Source of the DNA: Leptolyngbyaceae cyanobacterium
Lineage (GTDB): Bacteria > Cyanobacteriota > Cyanobacteriia > Phormidesmidales > Phormidesmidaceae
Assembly (NCBI GenBank): GCA_050331235.1
Contig: JBHJHA010000021.1
Coordinates: 9,161-73,160, forward strand
Reading direction: 5' to 3'
DNA: 64,000 bases
Below the pieces are notes generated by a model. It worked only from the letters and a program-made list of their open reading frames with translations, made no database searches and was not told the origin of the DNA. Positions 55,791-64,000 of this stretch are shown here, piece by piece. The position numbers and the translations under genes are program-made. Numbering within the stretch: the first letter of the stretch is position 1; each line of letters opens with the position of its first letter.

Positions 55791-56766
55791 GGCAATACCT
55801 TGGAAAACATGCTAGCTAATGCATGAATCACTATAGCGAAAAGCTCCTGACTCATTTGGAAGACTGTCGTTTAGGACAGGTGCTTGCTAGCGCTCTCATG
55901 CAATCTGCTATTTGGATGACCATCTCTCAGGATTAGCCTGCATCCGTCCAAAGCAGTCGCGATATCAAACTTAGAGACTCAGTAATACAACCCTTCCGAC
56001 ATTCCGACCCTTGACGCGTTCTGACCGTTGGGTTTTGCTGCGCCCAAGGGATTGATACCGCTACGAGCACGGCCCCAATGTCAGCAGAGGCATAGGGATG
56101 AGGCATCGTCCGCCAACAGGGTGACTCTCAGGTGCCAGATTCGGGCGCTATCTACTCCTAATTGTGTACCCTACTCGACTTAACTCTGCCTAAGAGGAAA
56201 CCTACTACATCCCACCCCAGTGACAGTCACAATCGTGACCGGGAAGCTGATGACCGAGACTAAACACAACAATCTATAGTCAAGCTTTCTAGGCATGTAA
56301 ATCTTTGACAAGGCTATCGAATAACTGAGACTTCAAGGATTTTAAGGGTATCGCGATCAAAAGGAGCCTTTTTGCTAAAGCGGCACCGGTAAAAATATTA
56401 CTCCGGGCTGAGGTCGCATTACTTAATCGGCTGGTCAAAAACAATACCAGGTCCGACACGTGCTTCATTAATGTTGAAGTTAAGAATCCGGAAAAGCAGA
56501 GTGAATTTTTGTAGTTTGCAGATTTTAGAAAAGTTCAGTTTGAGCCTAAAAGATACTCTCAAAAATGGCACTTTCTCTGCTGGTCCCAGTGTTTGCCCTG
56601 AAAGAGTACCATCAATGACAAGAGTACCCCTTTCAGGCCATTCTCAAATCTTTGAAAGCATTGCCATGATGCATTTAGGCAATCAAAAAGCCTGCTTAAA
56701 CACGGAAAAGCCTCAGATTGTCTGGCTTTTCTAGTTTCAATTATGACCCCTTAAGAGGACACAATC

Positions 56767-57198
56767 ATGCCTACAGACTCCGAAAACATTATTGCTCTAG
56801 GCCCTATCAGCGTTGCCCTATCTAATTTTAAAATTAGTGATACGGCGGTGCCTGCCGGTTCCCAGAGCATCATCCAGAAACCTAACAATCTGGAACTGAG
56901 CGTAGAAGTTGAGTTTTCTCCTTGCCCTAGTCCATTTACTAACTTTTTGTTGGGATTAGGGCTGGAAATTGAGGTTCTGTTCCACGTTGAAGGATTTGGC
57001 CCTGCTCCGGAAGTGGATCTAGGTCCGGCTACGGTCACTACTAATGGGACCGATTGTAGCTATACCGTTTCCCTGAATTCACCTAGCACTAGCCTGACTG
57101 CTGGTGTTTATAAAGCAGCCGCAGTTGTAACCGTTAAAGGGGGTGGTGTGCCCTTTGCGACTGGTTACATCAGTGACATCGTTTTCCAGGTTTACTAA
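56767..57198 (+). CDS. Hypothetical 143-aa beta-rich protein with no signal peptide
   Basis: Strong RBS AGAGGA; alternating beta-strand pattern; EGFGPAPEVDLG, LTAGVYK, C-terminal VFQVY. Confidence 0.8.
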   Translation: MPTDSENIIALGPISVALSNFKISDTAVPAGSQSIIQKPNNLELSVEVEFSPCPSPFTNFLLGLGLEIEVLFHVEGFGPAPEVDLGPATVTTNGTDCSYTVSLNSPSTSLTAGVYKAAAVVTVKGGGVPFATGYISDIVFQVY

Positions 57199-57640
57199 GT
57201 TGTTCCTGGCATCATCTCAGGTTTAAATCCCTTTTCCGATAGTTCTGCTTCGAAGGACTGGGGACGATAACAATGCTCTCCTTTTGTCTTAAGAAGGAGA
57301 GTACTATGCCTCCATGGCGATCGCAAATATGAGATGAACTTGCCATTATCACTTCTGCTTGGAAAACCGACTGAGAGTGTTCCAATGAATAACTTGCCCC
57401 AGAATTTGCTGGGATGGTCTGATCCCCTGGCTCTTACACCAAACTGAGCTTGCAGATTCAAGATGATTATTTAGATGGAAACCTCTGAGTAAGCGTGAAA
57501 TTAGTTGCACATTATCGAGCCAAACCGCTAAGGCCGGTGGGCTATCCATCGGCCTTATTGTTACTAGGCACGCATCCATCCATTGCTCTCAGAACTTAAG
57601 TCTGAGCGATCCGCTAATTGCAAACTCCTGCATCTTCTCA

Positions 57641-58672
57641 ATGGAGAAACACATGGCTACCACGTCAGGTTCGCAGGGACCTAATCCTGCCGAATATCCC
57701 GACGAATTAACAAGTATTTCCAGCATTGATATAACCATTGCCCAAAAGTTGGCGACCATAGACATTACTCAGCCTGCCGAACTGGCCGCTGCCGATGCGA
57801 CAAACCTGGCCCAGCAACTGAACACCGACGAAGACCCGGTTACGCCAGACATGACAGCTCAATGGGTGACCGCTGCTCAACGCCATTGTGAGGCGGTCTC
57901 GGCGGCGGCTCCCTCTGAGGTAACGTCAGAGCCGAAAACCGTTGCCGCTGCCGCCCCAGAGTCTCCTTCTTCTGAGGGCGAGCCAGCTGAGGCGGACCCG
58001 ACAACGGTGGCTTCAGAGGCGATTGACCCGACAGAGTCAGCCCCAGAGGGGATTACTGTAGGCAGATTTGAAATAACGATACAAAGCCTACCCGAAACTG
58101 CAGCGCCCACTTATCAAACAACTATTCAGAATTTAGAAACAGATGCGCAATGCATGTTTGAAGGTTTGCTGAGCGATCGCCTTCAAACTTGGATTCAAGG
58201 ACAGCTCACGACAGAACATCAGGAGACGGCTCCGGCTGCACCCGAGATACCGCCGTCGGTCTTGAAAGTCACTGCAGTTAGCCTCTTGCAAAACAATAAT
58301 CCCAATAGTCCAATTTCCGTAGATATTCCACATCAAAGCATTCCTCCAGCCCTTAGCAGCCGGTTACCGATGGTTTTGGAAGTGAGCTTTGATCTGACTT
58401 CCTGGGGACAGTGGCAACTGCGTCAATCGAGCTCTGAGTCTCCAACTTGTCAGGTACAAATCTTTGCAAAACCGCTGAGTCCTATTCGCAGTCGCAAGCA
58501 CTGGTTAGAAGCAGCCAACCCCTTATTACTAACGGCAACCCAGACGACATATACCACGCGTTTTCAGCCCACCTTGTTAGAAGCAGGGATGTACTCATTG
58601 CAGATATTACTGCTGAGCGAAATATCCTCATTTCCAGTCTTTTTAGAGGTTCCCGTTTTCCAGGTCCGCTAA
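57641..58672 (+). CDS. Hypothetical protein with a degenerate helix-hairpin-helix (DUF4332-like) N-terminus; start may be ATG 57653
   Basis: DELTSISSIDITIAQKL...ELAAADA...QWVTAAQ, an A/P/E/S linker, a small middle domain, and a C-terminal beta domain ending LEAGMY...VFQVR. Confidence 0.75.
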   Translation: MEKHMATTSGSQGPNPAEYPDELTSISSIDITIAQKLATIDITQPAELAAADATNLAQQLNTDEDPVTPDMTAQWVTAAQRHCEAVSAAAPSEVTSEPKTVAAAAPESPSSEGEPAEADPTTVASEAIDPTESAPEGITVGRFEITIQSLPETAAPTYQTTIQNLETDAQCMFEGLLSDRLQTWIQGQLTTEHQETAPAAPEIPPSVLKVTAVSLLQNNNPNSPISVDIPHQSIPPALSSRLPMVLEVSFDLTSWGQWQLRQSSSESPTCQVQIFAKPLSPIRSRKHWLEAANPLLLTATQTTYTTRFQPTLLEAGMYSLQILLLSEISSFPVFLEVPVFQVR

Positions 58673-59280
58673 GTCGGCCACTGCGAGGAGTTTACTTGCC
58701 TGGTAAACGACCCTGATACAGTCTTAGAAATGTTCTTGGAATGCGCGTAATTTCGAATTAGTCCAAAAACACGGCTAAGCTCTTTATGCCATCTGAGAAG
58801 TTGAATTTATGGCAGGTTGTATCGATTGTCGATATAGAGAAAAATGAAAATTTTGAGTAGTCTTTTAGCGATTAAGAAATGGGACTGATGTTTTTAGTGT
58901 TTCCTTAAAAGAAAAAGACAAAAGTTGAAGTTTGTGATGAATATACTGGAATCGAGCTTTAAGAATTTCTTTTGGCCCTGGATTGGAGGCCTAAGTGTTG
59001 CTCTTAGTCCTTGAGAATGTTCCTGTTGACTGTGTTTTCTTACTGATAGTGGCTGACGTTTGACTGGAACTTGCATTGATTAATTGAAGCTGTATAGGTC
59101 ACAGCATTTTCTTTCCTGATGAGATTCGCCCAGTTTTTAGGCTCCTGGTAAGCTGGAAAATGAGCCTCACTAGATGTAGCAATGCTGTATGGCAGCAACC
59201 TTGCCTTTCAGTATCTCAACTATCGATCTTGACAATTTGACTGTAGTGATGGGCATTTGCAGTACTCAGGGACACTAACC

Positions 59281-59901
59281 ATGACACTATCTTCTATTCG
59301 CCCCCAACTTTCTTTCTCCAGAAACTATTCTGAATTATTAACGCAGAGTGAGCATTCTTTAGCTCACTCCAAAATCTCGAAAATCAGCGAGACCTCTCTC
59401 GAGAATCATATCGGTAGTGTACTGGTGCTGACTGAGGATAAAAAAATTCTGTATGCCACGGAGAGTCTCAAAAATCTCCTTCAGGAGTCGCCAGAAGATG
59501 GAACGAGCAAAGTGGTTGCTACTCAAGAAATTGGCGTTATTACCGATATTCTCAAACAATGCCGTGATGCATTTCCTCAACAGAATTGGGCGATCGATTT
59601 TGATATTTTTACTAAAGACTCAATCACTCTCCGCATTCGTAGCCGCTGGATTAAATTAGAGGGATTGGACTCCTCGTGCATTTTGCTCATCGTAGAAGAC
59701 CGTCAACAGTTAGTAAAAGATATCGTGCTCAATGAGGCACAGCAATGGGGACTCACCACTCGAGAACAGGAAATTTGGTTACTGCACCAGCAAGGGTATA
59801 GCTATCGCGAAATTGCCGAGAAACTTTTCATCTGCATCAGTACTGTCAAAAAACATATGCGCAGTGTTCACGCGAAACGGCGTGCTCAAGACGAGGTCTG
59901 A
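59281..59901 (+). CDS. LuxR-family HTH transcriptional regulator without a receiver domain
   Basis: C-terminal GLTTREQEIW...GYSYREIAEKLFICISTVKKHMRSVHAK; PAS-like N-terminal segment. Confidence 0.9.
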   Translation: MTLSSIRPQLSFSRNYSELLTQSEHSLAHSKISKISETSLENHIGSVLVLTEDKKILYATESLKNLLQESPEDGTSKVVATQEIGVITDILKQCRDAFPQQNWAIDFDIFTKDSITLRIRSRWIKLEGLDSSCILLIVEDRQQLVKDIVLNEAQQWGLTTREQEIWLLHQQGYSYREIAEKLFICISTVKKHMRSVHAKRRAQDEV

Positions 59902-60086
59902 CCAGTTGATTGACAAACTCAGACGGTATCAGAACCTGCACCTTTAAGCCGTTCGAATCCTATGGAAAACTGTCAGAGAAGAGCGCATTTTCTTTTCCGG
60001 CACGACTGATTTAATTGGTTGATAAGTTTGTGAGACTCGCGATCGGTATAGTAAGGAGCCAACGCTGTTAACGTTGTCCAAATCAA

Positions 60087-61202
60087 TTACCGGCGAAAGG
60101 CGATCGCGGCATTTTGCCCACCAAATCCAAAACTCAGGCAAAGCGCTGTTGATAGTTTTGCTGGTTGAGCGGTACGAACCAGATTTAAATCAAAATCGGG
60201 TACCTGTAAGCCAGTGCAAGGGGGCAAGTTTTGGGTCTGGAGTGCCAATAAGCAAAAAGCGGCGCCAATGGCTCCAGAAGCCCCTAAAGTGTGGCCTGTG
60301 GCCCCCTTAGTGGCAGTCACGTTAACGCTGCTGGAAAACACCGTTTGAATCAAGGCAGCCTCATAAGCATCGTTAAGCCGGGTGCTGGTTCCATGGGCGT
60401 GAATCAGCCCCACGCTTGCCGGTGCTAAATGACTGTGCTGCAGGCAAGTTTGAATTGCCGTGAGCCCACCTTGATGACTCGTGGAATCTGGGGCGCTGAT
60501 ATGATTAGCATCTGCAGTCAAGCCAGCTCCTAACACGTAGCCGTAAATGCGAGCACTCCGCCTGTGAGCTAGTTTTGCCGACTCCAAGACCAAGATAGCC
60601 GCACCCTCTCCGAGTACTAACCCTTCCCGTCGCTGGTCAAAGGGATAGCAACCAGTCTTTGCCAGGGCGCGCATCTGCTGAAACCCTGTTAGTGTCAAGG
60701 GCGTAATAGCCGCTTCTCCGGCGCCTACCAGGACGCGATCGCATTGTCCAGACCGAATCAAATCTGTCCCTTGGGCGATCGCCCATAGGCCTGTGGCACA
60801 GGCGGTCATCGGAGCCAAGACCGGCCCTTGGCTGCCGATTGCCCGGGCAACTGCGATCGCAGCCATATGAGGCAAACTCTCCAACCATCCGTCGGCTTGG
60901 CCGCCAGTCAAAAACCACTCCCATTGTGCTTGATGGCCGCGGCTGCTGCCAATGACAACACCACAAGCCTCTAGCGACTCAGATAAATGGGCATCTGTAA
61001 GGGCCGCCTTGGTCGCTGCCAGCAGCAAATCTTCCAAACGACTGGGATATTTGCCCACCATAGCAATCGGCAAAGGGGGAAGCGTAACGACTGGTTGTCG
61101 CAAGGTGATGGCACTATGGCCCTTCAGCAAATTTTGCCAGGTAGTCTCAGTGTTACGACCCAGCGCTGTAACTAATGCGATGCCAGTGACCGCCACTGCC
61201 AT
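60087..61202 (-). CDS. Beta-ketoacyl-ACP synthase (FabF-like paralog)
   Basis: VAVTGI, catalytic TACATG, GEGAA, HAHGTST, KGATGHTLGA, SFGFGGQN. Confidence 0.9.
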   Translation of the reverse strand: MAVAVTGIALVTALGRNTETTWQNLLKGHSAITLRQPVVTLPPLPIAMVGKYPSRLEDLLLAATKAALTDAHLSESLEACGVVIGSSRGHQAQWEWFLTGGQADGWLESLPHMAAIAVARAIGSQGPVLAPMTACATGLWAIAQGTDLIRSGQCDRVLVGAGEAAITPLTLTGFQQMRALAKTGCYPFDQRREGLVLGEGAAILVLESAKLAHRRSARIYGYVLGAGLTADANHISAPDSTSHQGGLTAIQTCLQHSHLAPASVGLIHAHGTSTRLNDAYEAALIQTVFSSSVNVTATKGATGHTLGASGAIGAAFCLLALQTQNLPPCTGLQVPDFDLNLVRTAQPAKLSTALCLSFGFGGQNAAIAFRR

Positions 61203-61209
61203 GCCAGCT

Positions 61210-62001
61210 TTACTCAGGCTGTTGCAAATTATCTAACCCAGATGTGACAGTTGCCGACTCGATGACATCGCCTTGCTCAATATCACTGACAAGTTCCATC
61301 CCTTGAGTGACGTAGCCAAAGACCGCATAGCTGCCATCTAAAAATGGCAAATCCGCCAGCGCAATATAAAACTGGGCAGATGCAGAGTCAGGGAGTTGCG
61401 ATCGCGCCATCGCCACGGCTCCCCGACTATGATTTAGTGCCGGAGCAGCCGTAACTCTTGCGGCATCAAGGGTTTGACCGTAAACAGGAGCGTCAGCTCC
61501 CTCCGGTTGAATTTCGAGGGGAATATAGCGGGGCTCATTGGTCTCCGGATCATTAAAGCTGCCAGTTCCCAAGAGTTGGGGCGACACAGCCGGATCTTTG
61601 CTCTGGGGGTCGCCGCCCTGCACAACAAATGGTTCCGGTGATTTGACCACCCGGTGAAAGGAAGTACCGTCGTAAACCCCCCGCTGCACCAAGTCAACAA
61701 AATTTCCTGCAGTTACCGGCGCCTTCTCTCCGTCCAGCTCCATTACTACAGTGCCACCGTTGACCTGGAGTTCGACCGTTGCTGGGCCTGTTAATACAGG
61801 TAGACCTGCTGTCTGAGCCGTACTGGGTCGGTTGTCGGTTGCTCCAGTTTCAGACACTTGGGAATCCGCGGGAGCATTTTCCAGAGCCGTTTCCTCGCCA
61901 GGCTCCGATGAGAGATTGGTCGTTTCACTACTTGTGCAAGCGGTAAGACCTGCCAGGGCAATGACGACACACAGTATCAAACTCCATTTCCGCAGTCGCA
62001 T
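61210..62001 (-). CDS. Cyclophilin-type peptidyl-prolyl isomerase, lipoprotein
   Basis: Lipobox LTAC; APVTAGNF, FHRVV, VQGGDP, GAVAMARS, SASAQFYI, LDGSYAVFG. Confidence 0.93.
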   Translation of the reverse strand: MRLRKWSLILCVVIALAGLTACTSSETTNLSSEPGEETALENAPADSQVSETGATDNRPSTAQTAGLPVLTGPATVELQVNGGTVVMELDGEKAPVTAGNFVDLVQRGVYDGTSFHRVVKSPEPFVVQGGDPQSKDPAVSPQLLGTGSFNDPETNEPRYIPLEIQPEGADAPVYGQTLDAARVTAAPALNHSRGAVAMARSQLPDSASAQFYIALADLPFLDGSYAVFGYVTQGMELVSDIEQGDVIESATVTSGLDNLQQPE

Positions 62002-62163
62002 TAATTTGAACCTTATTCACGTTTACAGACGACAAGTTAGACGTTTTGGTCGGTTGGCTCAGCTGCGAGGGCTATGATCACAGTCTAATGTTGAGAGAAA
62101 AAACCCACTGAGTGCTCCGCCGCAAAGGTAGGGCGACTAACACAGCAACTGATTCCCCTAGCT

Positions 62164-62730
62164 TTACAGACCCTCTAAGGGAACCTGCAGAAACCGAGCG
62201 AGCTCAGCCCCTTGATTCTCTAGCTCCGAGAGGGGCAACGGTTGACCGACACGGGTCAAGGGAATATCGGGGCGACCTTTGATGCGTAGATAAAGGGCCC
62301 GTTTGGGGTTGAGTCCCTCGCGTATATCCACCCGCACCGCCTGTACCTTATCAAGCGGGTGCTCGATCTCAATCCTGCGATTTTTGCCCAAAAAGCCTGT
62401 CCTCAAGATTCGAATCTTATCAGATTCTTTATTGAATTCATTGAAACCACCCCCGACATCAAGGCCGATGATGAGCCATAAGTAGGTAGCTAGTAATATC
62501 CCTGCTACTCCATAAAATCCCATGGCAATGCCTTGAGGAATGAAAATAAGACTGGTTGGGTCGGCAAATGGCAACAGGTTGACCAGCAAATAGCTAGACA
62601 GACCAGCTAGGAAAAAGCCAGTGGCACCAAGGGATACAACCGTCGCCCACCAATAATTGCTAAGTCGTCGAGCGCCGAGCACCGGATACTTCAAAATTTT
62701 GTTCTTCGAGGTCTGAGTGGATGCGGTCAT
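62164..62730 (-). CDS. ycf4: Photosystem I assembly protein Ycf4
   Basis: GARRLSNYWWA, FIPQGIAMGFYG, VGGGFNEFNK, EGLNPKR, AELARFLQVPLEGL. Confidence 0.97.
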   Translation of the reverse strand: MTASTQTSKNKILKYPVLGARRLSNYWWATVVSLGATGFFLAGLSSYLLVNLLPFADPTSLIFIPQGIAMGFYGVAGILLATYLWLIIGLDVGGGFNEFNKESDKIRILRTGFLGKNRRIEIEHPLDKVQAVRVDIREGLNPKRALYLRIKGRPDIPLTRVGQPLPLSELENQGAELARFLQVPLEGL

Positions 62731-62966
62731 TATCTGAGAATGTAAGTATCAGATTGTAAAATTCTTGATCTCTACCTATCATAATTAGAAACCTGCATTC
62801 TCTAAAGTTGTCACCTTTGTGACCTTTATGAGAGGCATTGATAGATAGGCGTTCTCATTACATAGGGTACAGTGATCTATCAGTGTGATCGCAGCTTTGC
62901 AATAAACATGCAAAGTCTTGCATGCTAGACATGCTGGATTTCTAGCTATAGATAAGAGGGTTTGAA

Positions 62967-64000
62967 ATGACCATAGCAATGGGACGAGCGCAAGCCCAGC
63001 GAGGATGGTTCGACATTCTCGATGACTGGCTAAAGCGCGACCGATTCGTCTTTGTTGGCTGGTCCGGTCTGTTGCTATTTCCCTGCGCCTACATGGCGAT
63101 TGGGGGATGGCTGACCGGCACCACCTTCGTAACATCTTGGTACACCCACGGTTTAGCCTCTTCCTACCTGGAAGGCTGTAACTTTCTCACCGTGGCTGTA
63201 TCCACTCCCGCCGCCAGCATGGGGCATTCCCTGCTGCTGCTGTGGGGCCCCGAAGCCCAGGGCGACTTTGTTCGCTGGTGCCAGATTGGAGGGTTGTGGA
63301 GCTTCGTCGCTCTGCACGGTGCCTTCGCTCTAATTGGCTTCATGCTGCGTCAGTTTGAAGTTGCCCGCCTAGTCGGTTTGCGGCCCTACAACGCGATTGC
63401 GTTTTCCGCGCCGATTGCGGTATTTGTCTCTGTCTTCTTAATGTATCCCTTGGGTCAGAGCAGCTGGTTTTTTGCTCCGAGCTTCGGGGTGGCGGCCATT
63501 TTCCGCTTCCTGCTGTTTTTCCAAGGCTTCCACAACTGGACCCTGAACCCGTTCCATATGATGGGGGTAGCAGGCGTCTTAGGTGGTGCCCTGCTCTGTG
63601 CGATTCACGGAGCGACGGTGGAGAACACGCTGTTTGATGATGGCGACGGTTCCAACACCTTCCGTGCATTTGAGCCGACCCAGGCAGAAGAGACTTACTC
63701 GATGGTGACCGCCAACCGGTTTTGGTCACAGATTTTCGGGATTGCGTTCTCGAACAAGCGCTGGCTGCACTTCTTCATGTTGTTTGTGCCGGTGACGGGT
63801 TTGTGGATGGCCTCTGTGGGTGTTGTGGGTCTCGGCTTGAACCTACGCGCCTATGACTTCGTGTCTCAGGAAATCCGTGCAGCGGAGGACCCTGAGTTTG
63901 AGACCTTCTACACGAAGAACATTTTGCTGAATGAAGGTATCCGGGCTTGGATGGCACCGACTGACCAGCCCCATGAGAAGTTTGTATTCCCTGAGGAGGT
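62967..64000 (+). CDS. psbD: Photosystem II D2 protein, 3' end truncated by the window edge (missing from the ORF track)
   Basis: Manual translation [34 protein letters not shown]...[10 protein letters not shown]...[14 protein letters not shown]...FVFPEEV. Divergent from ycf4. Confidence 0.98.
   Translation, partial: MTIAMGRAQAQRGWFDILDDWLKRDRFVFVGWSGLLLFPCAYMAIGGWLTGTTFVTSWYTHGLASSYLEGCNFLTVAVSTPAASMGHSLLLLWGPEAQGDFVRWCQIGGLWSFVALHGAFALIGFMLRQFEVARLVGLRPYNAIAFSAPIAVFVSVFLMYPLGQSSWFFAPSFGVAAIFRFLLFFQGFHNWTLNPFHMMGVAGVLGGALLCAIHGATVENTLFDDGDGSNTFRAFEPTQAEETYSMVTANRFWSQIFGIAFSNKRWLHFFMLFVPVTGLWMASVGVVGLGLNLRAYDFVSQEIRAAEDPEFETFYTKNILLNEGIRAWMAPTDQPHEKFVFPEE

Noticed and set aside
55800..56300. 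Cobalamin riboswitch or other ncRNA upstream of the radical SAM gene
   Set aside because: Some short stems exist (CTGAC/GTCAG, TTGGG/CCCAA at 56021-56084), but no B12-box or other conserved riboswitch core was found on the minus strand. An Rfam scan would settle it.
56300..59950. Mobile element or prophage explanation for the island
   Set aside because: No integrase, transposase, tRNA target or flanking direct repeats were seen.
62967..64000. Far-red-light (FaRLiP) D2 variant
   Set aside because: The sequence looks like standard D2, sits in the usual ycf4-divergent position, and has no rfp/apc paralog cluster nearby.

Overview
Chromosomal window from a cyanobacterium. Evidence: dense HIP1 GCGATCGC octamers, ycf34, ycf4, psbD, hli, nblB, pmgA, and a CIRCE/K-box groESL promoter. 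The gene set suggests a filamentous Leptolyngbya-like organism, but that is inference. Most of the window is housekeeping: groESL, mtnP, glsA, ggt, aqpZ, rplU-rpmA, UvrD-like helicase, asnS, argH, cobK, mannose-1-P guanylyltransferase/mutase, ssb, TIGR03960-type radical SAM, ketoacyl synthase, cyclophilin, ycf4 and partial psbD. Accessory or unusual parts: (i) two tandem filamentous-haemagglutinin-type exoproteins followed by a TPR-CHAT protease (6.1-14.0 kb); (ii) a PEP-CTERM gene converging on a CHASE2 Ser/Thr kinase; (iii) a structured, probably PmgR1/6S-like ncRNA divergent from pmgA; (iv) an AT-richer three-gene island at 56.3-59.9 kb encoding a small beta-sandwich-like protein, a degenerate-HhH protein ending in an apparently paralogous domain, and a LuxR-type regulator. 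The island is the best candidate for an undescribed system. Four genes carry single in-frame stops at conserved positions and several conserved residues are substituted, which most likely reflects consensus errors. No rRNA, tRNA, CRISPR array or transposase was seen. All calls are by eye from motifs; no searches were run.
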